Assembly: GCA_016187025.1 (NCBI GenBank)
Contig: JACPKM010000002.1
Coordinates: 1 to 62,956 of the forward strand
Length of the DNA stretch: 62,956 nt
DNA from: Candidatus Daviesbacteria bacterium
Lineage (GTDB): Bacteria > Patescibacteriota > Microgenomatia > Daviesbacterales > UBA10151
Direction of reading: 5' to 3'
This document shows, piece by piece, positions 30,614 through 39,612 of the stretch; within the stretch, counting starts at the first letter, position 1; each line of letters opens with the position of its first letter. The notes beneath the pieces were generated by a model, which was not told where the DNA came from, searched no databases, and was given only the letters and a program-made list of their open reading frames with translations. The translations under genes and the position numbers were made by a program.

Positions 30614-31924
30614 ATGTCTGATGATTTAATGCAAAAGATTGTAGCACTTTGTAAGCGCCGGGGGTTTATCTACCCTGGTTCTGAGATCTATGGAGGATTG
30701 GGAGGAACATGGGACTATGGACCCTTAGGATCACTTCTTAAAAAAAACCTAAAAGATTTATGGTGGAAAGAAATGGTTCAATTTAGAGATGATATAGTGG
30801 GAATGGATGCTGCCATTATGATGAATCCTAGGGCTTGGGAGGCTTCAGGTCATGTGGAAGCTTTTACAGATCCTTTAGTTGAATGTAAGATTTGCCATCA
30901 GCGCTTTAGGGCTGATAAAGAGCAAGAGATTAAAGAACATGAAACTTCTCATAAAGGTGAAAAGGTCGAATGGACTGAACCGATGAATTTTAACCTGCTA
31001 GTTAAGGCTTATTTAGGAGTACTAGAGGGAAAGCAGTCAGAAATTTATTTGAGAGGTGAGATCACAAATGGAGTACATGTTAATTTTAAAAATGTGCTAG
31101 ATTCTACTAGAGTTAGAATTCCTTTTGGCATAGCTCAAATCGGAAAAGCTTTTCGCAATGAAATTACGCCAGGAAATTTCACCTTTAGATCAAGAGAATT
31201 TGAACAGATGGAAGTGCAGTTTTACATAAAACCTGATGAATCAGAAGGAAAAAAATGGTTTGATTATTGGAAACAAAATAGAATGGATTGGTATTTATCT
31301 CTAGGAATAAAAAAAGAGAACCTAAGATTTAGGGATCATGCAGAAACGGAAAGAGCTCATTATGCCAGGGCTGCAACAGATATTGAATATAATGCACCCT
31401 TTGGTTGGAGTGAGTTTATGGGTATACACCATCGAGGAGATTGGGATTTATCCAGACATCAGAAATATTCTGGACAAGATTTGTCCTACCGTGATCCGGA
31501 AACAAATGAAGAATATATTCCTTGGGATATTGAAACATCGGCTGGTGTAGATCGATCAGCCCTATTTTTACTTATTGACGCATATTCTGAAGAGAATGGA
31601 AGAGTTGTACTAAAACTTCATCCAAAACTTGCGCCATACAAGGTAGCGGTATTTCCTTTACTTGCTAATAAACCAGAGCTTGTAGAAAAAGCCGGAAAAA
31701 TTTATGAAGACTTAAAGCAAGATTATCAGGTTTCCTGGGATGCTAGAGGAAATATTGGAAAAAGATATGCAGCTCAAGATGAAGCTGGTACACCTTATTG
31801 TGTTACTGTTGACTTTGATAGTCTAAAAGATAATACTGTTACTATAAGGGATAGAGATAGCGCAAAGCAGGAGAGAATAAAGTCTTCTGAAATCCGCAAC
31901 TTTCTAAAAGGGAAACTTTCGTGA
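30614..31924 (+). CDS. glyQS: Glycine--tRNA ligase, alpha2 type
   Basis: LCKRRGF, GKAFRNEITP, FRSREFEQME, IETSAGVDR, GKRYAAQDE. Confidence 0.97.
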   Translation: MSDDLMQKIVALCKRRGFIYPGSEIYGGLGGTWDYGPLGSLLKKNLKDLWWKEMVQFRDDIVGMDAAIMMNPRAWEASGHVEAFTDPLVECKICHQRFRADKEQEIKEHETSHKGEKVEWTEPMNFNLLVKAYLGVLEGKQSEIYLRGEITNGVHVNFKNVLDSTRVRIPFGIAQIGKAFRNEITPGNFTFRSREFEQMEVQFYIKPDESEGKKWFDYWKQNRMDWYLSLGIKKENLRFRDHAETERAHYARAATDIEYNAPFGWSEFMGIHHRGDWDLSRHQKYSGQDLSYRDPETNEEYIPWDIETSAGVDRSALFLLIDAYSEENGRVVLKLHPKLAPYKVAVFPLLANKPELVEKAGKIYEDLKQDYQVSWDARGNIGKRYAAQDEAGTPYCVTVDFDSLKDNTVTIRDRDSAKQERIKSSEIRNFLKGKLS

Positions 31925-32778
31925 TTCCAAAACTAACTGCCTTTATACTCACCCATAAAGTTACTGTTGCACTCGGTTTGGTGTTAGCTATTGCTTTTAT
32001 GGGAGGAGGAGTATTTTTGTTTAACACCTTCCAAAAAGCGCAACAAGAAGCTCCTCTTGAAGAAACAGAGATTACTTTTGATGCCGAAGGTCCTTATGTA
32101 AAACTGTTCCCAAGAAGAGATGGAAATGCCCTTGTAATGCAGATTCAAAGAATTGCTTCATACGATTCGTTTGCTTACGCGATAACTTATACAGATATTG
32201 ATGGTATCGATAGAGGAGCTGGTCATGAGGATACCTGGATCAATATTGAAAAAGGTAAAGGTGAATATGAGCAAGAGATTTTATTTGGATCTTGTAGTAA
32301 AAACGTTTGTAAATATGACCAAGGAGTAGAAAACGGCACCTTAGTTTTAAGGATTAGAAAGGGAAATAAAGCTTCTAGGATGAATCTACTTTGGCATCTG
32401 CAAAAGCCGGATGTGGCTTTGGGAAATTTGACCTCAGGGGATAATAATTTTAGTTACAAATTAGATCAAAAAAGAGAAGAATTGGCTTTGATTGGGTTTA
32501 CTATTATAAATGATGTGACTGGCGTACCTAAGCTGCCAAATGAAAAGGAGGTTCTAGGGAAAGTATATTCAGTTAATGTTTCTATATCAAAAGCTCTTCC
32601 TGAAGGACAGGCAGCAGTTAATTTAGCTGAAAATCCCCCATCAGATGCAAAAGTAGCAAGGTATAATTTCAGTGAAAATAAATGGGTAGAATATGAGACA
32701 AAAATTGATGGAAGTAAGCTTTCTGCCAAAGCCGATGGAGAAGGAATCTTTGCAGTGTTAGCAGATAAAGAAAAATAA
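31921..32778 (+). CDS. Hypothetical membrane-anchored extracytoplasmic beta-rich protein
   Basis: N-terminal TM, CSKNVC Cys pair, beta-strand-rich C-terminus; GTGA overlap with glyQS. Confidence 0.75.
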   Translation: MIPKLTAFILTHKVTVALGLVLAIAFMGGGVFLFNTFQKAQQEAPLEETEITFDAEGPYVKLFPRRDGNALVMQIQRIASYDSFAYAITYTDIDGIDRGAGHEDTWINIEKGKGEYEQEILFGSCSKNVCKYDQGVENGTLVLRIRKGNKASRMNLLWHLQKPDVALGNLTSGDNNFSYKLDQKREELALIGFTIINDVTGVPKLPNEKEVLGKVYSVNVSISKALPEGQAAVNLAENPPSDAKVARYNFSENKWVEYETKIDGSKLSAKADGEGIFAVLADKEK

Positions 32779-32892
32779 TCCTTTATAGATTAGAAGTTTT
32801 CAGACTTCATTTTTTAAATCTTACATTATCTATTGACAATTAACATTCATTTGGTGGAAAATGAGAACAGATGGTGAAACTGCCCAAAAAAT

Positions 32893-33291
32893 ATGTTTTT
32901 GGGTAGCTTTAAAACTGATTTTAGCGGAAAGAATAGGTTAATTTTACCAAAGAGATTTAGGAAAGAATTAGGTAGTGAAGATAAGTTTTATATACTTTTG
33001 GGGGGAAATGGAGAAGTTTGGGGATTTGATCCAATAAATTGGTCAAAACTGGCAGAAAGTATCTTAAAATTCCCACTCTCCACTGAAGAGGGTAGGGTAG
33101 CAAGACTCAAGCTTTTTCCCAAGGCTGAGGAATGTGTTTTAGACAGTCAGGGAAGATTTATCTTACCTCAAGAGTTTATGGAGAATATAAAGATTAAGAA
33201 AGAGGTTTTAATAATTGGAGCAGGTGATCATTTTGAAATCTGGGATTTAAGTCTTTGGGGAAAACACCAGGAACGACTTGAGAAGGAATAA
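32893..33291 (+). CDS. mraZ: Division/cell wall cluster regulator MraZ
   Basis: MFLGSF...KNRLILPKRFR, DSQGRFILP, GAGDHFEIWD; first gene of dcw. Confidence 0.92.
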   Translation: MFLGSFKTDFSGKNRLILPKRFRKELGSEDKFYILLGGNGEVWGFDPINWSKLAESILKFPLSTEEGRVARLKLFPKAEECVLDSQGRFILPQEFMENIKIKKEVLIIGAGDHFEIWDLSLWGKHQERLEKE

Positions 33292-33296
33292 GTCAC

Positions 33297-34196
33297 ATGG
33301 AAGGGTATCATAAAAGTGTTTTACTGAGTGAGGTTTTGGAGTATTTGGAAGTTAAGCAGGGTAGGTGGTATGTAGATTGTACGCTAGGAGATGGGGGACA
33401 TAGTCTGGGGATTTTAAAGCGAGGTGGAAAAATTATAGGCATTGATACCGATCAAGAGGCCTTAGATAGGGCAAGCGGAAGATTTAAACAAGAAGGAATA
33501 GAGCAAGACAACTTTAAATTAGTAAAGGGTAACTTTAGAGATTTAAAGCAAATATTAAAGCAGACGGACACTGATCAGATAATTTTGGCAGGAATCTTAT
33601 TTGATTTTGGGGTTTCGAGTTTGCAACTTGAGAGTCCCGAAAGGGGCTTTTCTTTTAACAGTGAAGGCCCTTTAGATATGCGGATGGACAAAAACTTAGC
33701 CGTTACAGCAGCAGATTTAGTAAACGGATTAAACAAAGGAGAATTATATGAATTATTTTCTAAACTGGGTGAGGAGAGATTTGCTCGGCCCTTGGCTGAA
33801 GCTATTGTTGGCACCCGTGCAATAACAAAATTTAATACAACCAAACAATTGGCAGACTTAGTAACAGGTGTTTATCGTAGGTTTGGAATTAAAAACACCA
33901 AAATCCATCCTGCTACAAAAGTCTTTCAGGCTTTGAGAATGGCAGTAAATGATGAGCTAGGAGTGATACGGGATGGATTAGGACAAGTTTCGGAGGTTAT
34001 TGGTAGCAGCGGCCGGATTGTGACCATAAGCTTTCATTCTTTGGAAGATAGAATTGTAAAAAATACTTTTAAAGAATGGCAAGAACAAGGTTTGGGACAG
34101 ATTGTAATTAAAAGACCAGTTGTTCCAAACGAAGATGAGGTTATAAAAAACCCTCGATCCCGGTCAGCAAAACTAAGGGCTTTTGAAAAAAGATGA
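33297..34196 (+). CDS. rsmH: 16S rRNA m4C1402 methyltransferase
   Basis: HKSVLL, DCTLGDGGH, RGFSF, HPATKVFQALR, SFHSLEDR, NPRSRSAKLR. Confidence 0.97.
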   Translation: MEGYHKSVLLSEVLEYLEVKQGRWYVDCTLGDGGHSLGILKRGGKIIGIDTDQEALDRASGRFKQEGIEQDNFKLVKGNFRDLKQILKQTDTDQIILAGILFDFGVSSLQLESPERGFSFNSEGPLDMRMDKNLAVTAADLVNGLNKGELYELFSKLGEERFARPLAEAIVGTRAITKFNTTKQLADLVTGVYRRFGIKNTKIHPATKVFQALRMAVNDELGVIRDGLGQVSEVIGSSGRIVTISFHSLEDRIVKNTFKEWQEQGLGQIVIKRPVVPNEDEVIKNPRSRSAKLRAFEKR

Positions 34197-34495
34197 CTAT
34201 CATAAAAACTTTTGATAACGGATATGTTGAGACCTCTTCTTGGAGGAAAAGGAGGTATTTGCTTCCTGTAGGCTTGCTTCTGGTTTTGCTTATGCTAGCC
34301 GAGATTTGGGCAAATAATACTTTGGTAACATATGGAGAAAAGTTTGAAAGTATTTCTAGATTGAGGTTATCTTTGGAAATAGAAAACCAAGTGCTGGAAA
34401 ATAAAATAGCCAAAGAAAGCGCACTTTCTCATATTGCAACCGAATCAGCCACCCTTGGATTTTCCCAAGTGGAAAGCATACAATATATTCGTTAA
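34193..34495 (+). CDS. ftsL: FtsL-like cell division protein
   Basis: Position between rsmH and ftsI; basic N-terminus, one TM, coiled coil. Confidence 0.7.
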   Translation: MTIIKTFDNGYVETSSWRKRRYLLPVGLLLVLLMLAEIWANNTLVTYGEKFESISRLRLSLEIENQVLENKIAKESALSHIATESATLGFSQVESIQYIR

Positions 34496-36225
34496 TGCGA
34501 ATCGTAATTGTTAAATACTTCTTCTTGCTGTTTTTCTTAGCAATAACTTCAAGACTATTTTACTGGCAAGTTGTTAAGGCTGACGAATTATCAGCTAAAG
34601 CAGAAAACCAGCATTTTAAACGGGTGCAAATTGGAGCAAGAAGAGGCAATATTTATTACTCTAATGGTTCAATGCTTGCATCAACCAATCCGGTATTTTC
34701 TCTTTATGGTCTTCCTAAAGTGATCCCAGATGCAGAAAAAGTTAAAGTATCCCAAGATCTTGCCAAAATAATCGCAAATGAAAAGTATAAAAATATCGTG
34801 GAGGAGGAGGAATATAAAAAGGCCCTGTCCTCAATAAAAGAAGATTTTTCTTCAAAGTTAACGCAAGATCTTTATTGGGTGTTACTCAGGAAAAATATAG
34901 ATATGGAAACAAAAGAAAAAATTGAGGGTTTAAAATCTCCAGGGTTAGGGTTTGAGAGTTCAAGCGGCAGGTTTTATCCGGAGGGCTCCTCTTCTGCACA
35001 TCTTTTAGGATTTGTGGGCTTTAATGCCCGGGGGGAATCAACAGGATATTTTGGCATTGAAGGATTTTATGATGGTGATTTAAAGGGAATACCAGGAATT
35101 GTCAGGCATGAAAAAGATGCGATGGGACTTCCTATATTAATAGGTAAGTTTTTGACCACTGAATCAAAAAATGGGAAAGATTTAGGTTTAAACATTGACC
35201 AGTCTGTTCAGTTTATAGTTGAAAGAGCTTTGAAAAAGGGGGTTGAAAAATATGGAGCAAAAGCAGGGTCTGTGGTGGTAATGGATCCTAAAACAGGAGA
35301 TATCTTAGCACTAGGTGCATTTCCAAACTATGATCCTTTGAAATATTATGATTTCCCAAAGGACTATTATAAAAATCCAATTGTGGCAGAACAATATGAG
35401 CCAGGTTCAACTTTTAAAGTATTGGTAATGGCGGCAGCAATAAATGAGGATTTAGTAAAACCAGATACAAAATGTGATATCTGTGATAAAGCTATTTCAC
35501 TGGGAGGATTTACTATCAGAACCTGGAATAATAAATACTACCCCAACGCCACCATGAAAGAGGTGATAGTACACTCAGACAATACTGGAATGGTTTTTGT
35601 AGCAAAAAAGCTGGGTTTAGATAAAATGTACAAATACATTCAAGATTTTGGGTTTGGGCAACCTACACAGATAGATTTACAAGATGAAACATCACCTGAT
35701 ATTAGGTCAAAAGATACCTGGAGAGAAATCGATCTGGCAACTTCTTCTTTTGGTCAGGGTATTGCAGTAACCCCAATTCAGATGGTCCGGGCTGTAGCAG
35801 CGATAGCAAATAAGGGCTATTTGATGGAACCGCATGTTGTTAAAGAAATTCAGGATGGGGAGGAAAAGTTTGTTGTAAAACCTAAAATTGTCAGACAAGT
35901 GATCAGCGAGAATGCAGCAAAAATAATGACCGAGATTATGGTGGCAGCAGTTGAGGAAGGAGAGTCGAAATGGGTAAAACCAAAGGGTTTTAAGGTAGCA
36001 GGAAAAACTGGTACAGCCCAAATTCCTGTTGCTGGACATTATGACCCAAATAAAACAATTGCCTCCTTTGTTGGTTTTGCGCCGGCAGATGACCCAAAGT
36101 TTGTCATGCTTGTAAGATTTGATCAACCAACCTCATCAATTTACGGTTCAGAAACTGCAGCTCCCACTTTTTTTGAAATAGCCAAAGAGCTATTTACATA
36201 TTTTAAAATTGCACCATCTGAATAG
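34495..36225 (+). CDS. ftsI: Class B penicillin-binding protein (FtsI)
   Basis: RRGNIY, RFYP, EPGSTFK (SxxK), HSDN (SxN), GKTGTAQ (KTG). Confidence 0.93.
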   Translation: MRIVIVKYFFLLFFLAITSRLFYWQVVKADELSAKAENQHFKRVQIGARRGNIYYSNGSMLASTNPVFSLYGLPKVIPDAEKVKVSQDLAKIIANEKYKNIVEEEEYKKALSSIKEDFSSKLTQDLYWVLLRKNIDMETKEKIEGLKSPGLGFESSSGRFYPEGSSSAHLLGFVGFNARGESTGYFGIEGFYDGDLKGIPGIVRHEKDAMGLPILIGKFLTTESKNGKDLGLNIDQSVQFIVERALKKGVEKYGAKAGSVVVMDPKTGDILALGAFPNYDPLKYYDFPKDYYKNPIVAEQYEPGSTFKVLVMAAAINEDLVKPDTKCDICDKAISLGGFTIRTWNNKYYPNATMKEVIVHSDNTGMVFVAKKLGLDKMYKYIQDFGFGQPTQIDLQDETSPDIRSKDTWREIDLATSSFGQGIAVTPIQMVRAVAAIANKGYLMEPHVVKEIQDGEEKFVVKPKIVRQVISENAAKIMTEIMVAAVEEGESKWVKPKGFKVAGKTGTAQIPVAGHYDPNKTIASFVGFAPADDPKFVMLVRFDQPTSSIYGSETAAPTFFEIAKELFTYFKIAPSE

Positions 36226-36243
36226 TGATAAAATTTAGTGGTC

Positions 36244-36606
36244 ATGAAAACAGTATATCTTTGTGCTCCTAATAAATTAGGAGATTTAATTTTAAAGTTA
36301 ATTAAAAGGATAGAAGCTCAAGGTTTTAAGGTTTTATCACCTTTTATTCACACTAATCAACATGCTACCAATGAAGAAATTTTTAAAAGAAATATAGAGA
36401 TGATTAAAAATGCAGATATATTTGTTGTAGTCTTAAAAGAATACGGAAAGGACCTGACTGCTGAGGTTGGAATGGCTTATGCTTGGGGTAAACCGATGGT
36501 GGGGATTGATTATAATGCCGATAAAAATGATGTTATGGCCTACTATGCATTTAGTGAAATCATAAAGCCGGTAGCTCTCGAAAAAACATTAGAAAAATAC
36601 AAATAA
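36244..36606 (+). CDS. Nucleoside 2-deoxyribosyltransferase / DNPH1-like nucleotide hydrolase
   Basis: VYLCAP...VLSP...IFKRNIEMIKNADI...TAEVGMAYAWGKP; ATG at 36244. Confidence 0.8.
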   Translation: MKTVYLCAPNKLGDLILKLIKRIEAQGFKVLSPFIHTNQHATNEEIFKRNIEMIKNADIFVVVLKEYGKDLTAEVGMAYAWGKPMVGIDYNADKNDVMAYYAFSEIIKPVALEKTLEKYK

Positions 36607-36607
36607 A

Positions 36608-37084
36608 ATGTCTAGTAAAGTAGAGAAGTGTGATCATGCAAGTGTTGGAATGTTCGTCTGGAGAGATGACCATCTGCTACTAATTGAAAGGAAAGAATTC
36701 CCCTTTGGTTTTGCTCCTCCGGCAGGGCATGTAGATAATCATGGATCTTATGAGAAGGCGGCAGAAAATGAGTTAAAAGAAGAAGTTGGGTTAAGGTCAG
36801 TTTCCCTTAGCTTAATGATTGAGGGGTGTAAAGAAAATATATGTCGGCGTCCCGGAGGTACCTGGCACCACTGGAGGATATATAGAGTAGAGGCACAAGG
36901 AAATATACAAAGAAGTAGGACAGAAACTAGGCGTGCGGGCTGGTACTCTTTAGAAGAAATAAAATCATTATCTGACAAAACAGTACAATATTTAAACGGT
37001 GGGATTTCTAATGAAAACTGGCGGATGGATCCTGGAATCGAGACAGTGTGGTATGAATGGTTTAGAGAGTTAAAAATAATCTAA
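36608..37084 (+). CDS. NUDIX hydrolase
   Basis: PAGHVD...AAENELKEEVGL Nudix box variant. Confidence 0.88.
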   Translation: MSSKVEKCDHASVGMFVWRDDHLLLIERKEFPFGFAPPAGHVDNHGSYEKAAENELKEEVGLRSVSLSLMIEGCKENICRRPGGTWHHWRIYRVEAQGNIQRSRTETRRAGWYSLEEIKSLSDKTVQYLNGGISNENWRMDPGIETVWYEWFRELKII

Positions 37085-37203
37085 TTAAGAATGCTTTGTC
37101 AGAAAATAATAGAAGGATTGAGAGATTGATAGAAGAATTAGGTCATAAATTTACAATTATTAAGCTTGAGCAATTAGAAGAAATCCTCACAAAATATAAA
37201 TAA
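37066..37203 (+). pseudogene. Start-less remnant resembling the C-terminus of the upstream NDT gene
   Basis: Open frame ends FTIIKLEQLEEILTKYK*; the NDT ends SEIIKPVALEKTLEKYK*. No ATG/GTG start near its 5' end. Confidence 0.4.
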
Positions 37204-37219
37204 CCAAGAAGCCCATAGT

Positions 37220-37248
37220 TTGACTTTAAAGCAAAAAAAGTATAATAT
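37220..37248 (+). promoter_or_regulatory. Promoter of the inserted gene at 37258
   Basis: TTGACT-N17-TAATAT, overlapping TATAAT at 37241. Confidence 0.55.
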
Positions 37249-37257
37249 TATACCTCT

Positions 37258-37764
37258 ATGTCAGGTCCAGAAAGCACTAATCCTTCTCCATACAGTGCAA
37301 AAAAAGAAGGAGTCAGACTAGTTATTGATGGTATAGGTTTTGGAGTTGTTACGGGCTTAGAAGTATTTAGAGCAGGATTAGTCAATACAAAAATTTCCTT
37401 AGAAAGATCAATTACGGGTGATGAGATACCCATACTTGATCCAAACTCTACTCTTTCAAATATTCTTCAAAATGGAGGAGACTTTTACGATGGGTTTTGG
37501 ATTAGTTTAGCCACATATAACCTAGTAACTGGAATTGATTACATCCTGAGTAGATTTACAAAAAGATACATGCCACAAAGAGTTAAGCTTGGATTTAGTA
37601 TGCTTGCAGCTGTTGGGGGAGTTGTTGCTTACGAATCTGGAAAACTATCTCAATTTCTTGGCGGAACATTTGATCCCTCAGATATACCTGCAGGGTTACT
37701 TGGAGCAGCAGCGTATTTAGGAGTAAACTATTTAGCAAGATCATATACTGAAGCAAGAAGATAA
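37258..37764 (+). CDS. Hypothetical membrane protein, weakly VanZ/DUF2809-like
   Basis: 3-4 TM; VVAYE..SQ..GGTFDPSDIPAGLLG resembles the E..Q...TFD..D motif. Confidence 0.45.
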   Translation: MSGPESTNPSPYSAKKEGVRLVIDGIGFGVVTGLEVFRAGLVNTKISLERSITGDEIPILDPNSTLSNILQNGGDFYDGFWISLATYNLVTGIDYILSRFTKRYMPQRVKLGFSMLAAVGGVVAYESGKLSQFLGGTFDPSDIPAGLLGAAAYLGVNYLARSYTEARR

Positions 37765-37810
37765 GCTTTACTTATAGATTAAAAAAGGATAACTTTTTAT
37801 AATTACTCTC

Positions 37811-39037
37811 ATGCATCAAATCAAAAAGTATTTAAAAGCACTTTTTCCTCAGTGGGTAATAAATAATTTTTGGCATTTACCAAAAGCTATTTTGGCAAAT
37901 TTAGTTTATGGTTTTCCTTCAAAAAAATTAAAGGTCATTGGGGTCACTGGAACTGATGGAAAGACAACAACTGTAAATATGATTTATTGCATATTAAAAA
38001 ATGCAGGAAAAAAAGTTTCAATGGTTTCAACAATTAATGCTGAAATTGCTGGAAAATCTTATGATACAGGATTTCATGTTAGCTCTCCCGATTCTTTTAC
38101 TGTTCAAAGCTTTGCCAAAAAAGCAAAAGATCACAAGGACGAATTTTTAATATTGGAAGTTACCTCTCATGCCCTGGATCAATACAGATTCTGGGGAATC
38201 AATTTTGACATAGGAGTAATTACAAACATAACTCATGATCATCTGGATTATCACAAAAGCTGGGAAAACTACTTTCTAACTAAGGCTAAATTAATCAAAG
38301 GCGTGAGGGTAGCTGTAATTAACAAAGATGAGAAACATTTTAATAGGTTATCAAAGTTTATAAATCCAAACTCTAAAATTTTAAGCTTTGGGTTTTCACC
38401 CAAAGCTGATTTTAATCCTAAAAGCTTTTCATTAAACTTAAAACTAATTGGAGAGTATAACATTTTGAATGGACTGGCCGCAGCTGCTGTATGTGCAAGT
38501 GAGCAAGTAAGCACATCGGCTATCAAGTCAGCTTTACCAAGCTTTGTAAACCTTAAAGGTAGGATGGAGGAGATCAAAAATAGTAAAGGAATAAAAATTA
38601 TCATTGATTTTGCTTCTACCCCAAACTCCTTAGAGCAGGCATTAAAAGCTTTAAGAAGACTTACAAAAGGTAAGTTAATCTCTATTTTTGGTTCGGCCTC
38701 TGAAAGAGATTTTAAAAAGCGTCCGCTTATGGGGCAAGCATCTGCAAAATATGCAGATATAACAATACTGACCGATGAGGATCCAAGATTTGAGGATAGG
38801 TACAAAATTATTGATGAAATTGCAGCTGGTGTATATAAAATAAAAGGCAAAAAAAACATAAAGCTTTTTAAGCAACCTGATAGACAGGAAGCTATTAAGC
38901 TTGGAATAAGCCTTGCCAAAAAGGGAGATTTGGTGGGAATATTTGGAAAAGGGCATGAAAAATCAATTAGTTTCAAAGGTCAAGAAATCCCCTGGTCAGA
39001 TGAGGAGGCAGTTCAAAAGGCGTTAAATGATAGATAA
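37811..39037 (+). CDS. murE: MurE-type Mur ligase lacking the usual N-terminal domain
   Basis: GVTGTDGKTT, LEVTSHAL, TNITHDHLDYH, GRME, IIDFA, TDEDPR, GKGHE. Confidence 0.88.
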   Translation: MHQIKKYLKALFPQWVINNFWHLPKAILANLVYGFPSKKLKVIGVTGTDGKTTTVNMIYCILKNAGKKVSMVSTINAEIAGKSYDTGFHVSSPDSFTVQSFAKKAKDHKDEFLILEVTSHALDQYRFWGINFDIGVITNITHDHLDYHKSWENYFLTKAKLIKGVRVAVINKDEKHFNRLSKFINPNSKILSFGFSPKADFNPKSFSLNLKLIGEYNILNGLAAAAVCASEQVSTSAIKSALPSFVNLKGRMEEIKNSKGIKIIIDFASTPNSLEQALKALRRLTKGKLISIFGSASERDFKKRPLMGQASAKYADITILTDEDPRFEDRYKIIDEIAAGVYKIKGKKNIKLFKQPDRQEAIKLGISLAKKGDLVGIFGKGHEKSISFKGQEIPWSDEEAVQKALNDR

Positions 39038-39611
39038 AGTTAAACTAATTATTAACTCATTTGGTGAAACTAGGGTAAAGGCAAATGAGTTGCTTTCAAA
39101 CCATACTTTTTTAAGAATTGGAGGACCTGCCTCAGCTTTTTATATAGCATTTACTCAAAGTGAGCTAACAAAAATTATTGAAACTTGCAGAGATTTGAAA
39201 GTCCCTTTTTTGATTTTTGGTACTGGTAGCAAAATTGCTATTTCAGATCAAGGCTTTTTAGGTGTTGCTATCAAAAACAGGACCAAAAATATTCAAACAA
39301 TATCTGTAAAAGGTAAGGTTACTAAAGTTGGAATAGGTATTGCTGAGGCTTTGATCGAGGTTGAGTCAGGTGTCAGTATCAACAAGTTTATTGAATATTT
39401 AACATCCCAAAACCTTTCTACCTATGAGTTTATTAATATTCCAGGGACTATAGGGGGAAATTTATTTTTAAACCATTCTTTGCAAACTAAAGTAGAAAGT
39501 ATTAAAGTACTAGATCAAGGAAACACAGTTGATATAATAAATGCTCGTGATTTAGACTTAAGAAAGCATATTATTTTATCAGCAGTATTTCGTATTAAAG
39601 CCAAAAATTAA
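39027..39611 (+). CDS. murB: Truncated MurB-like FAD-binding protein
   Basis: HTFLRIGGPA, GTGSK, NIPGTIGG; stops at 194 aa directly before murA with no C-terminal domain. Confidence 0.7.
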   Translation: MIDKVKLIINSFGETRVKANELLSNHTFLRIGGPASAFYIAFTQSELTKIIETCRDLKVPFLIFGTGSKIAISDQGFLGVAIKNRTKNIQTISVKGKVTKVGIGIAEALIEVESGVSINKFIEYLTSQNLSTYEFINIPGTIGGNLFLNHSLQTKVESIKVLDQGNTVDIINARDLDLRKHIILSAVFRIKAKN

Positions 39612-39612
39612 G

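Noticed and set aside
32793-32815. GAAGT-N6-ACTTC-ATTTTTT possible terminator
   Set aside because: Only a 5-bp AT-rich stem; plausible but not supportable.
32833-32878. mraZ promoter and MraZ boxes (TTGACA; GTGGA and GTGAA 20 nt apart)
   Set aside because: There is no convincing -10 at 17 nt and the middle box is missing, so it is too degenerate to annotate.
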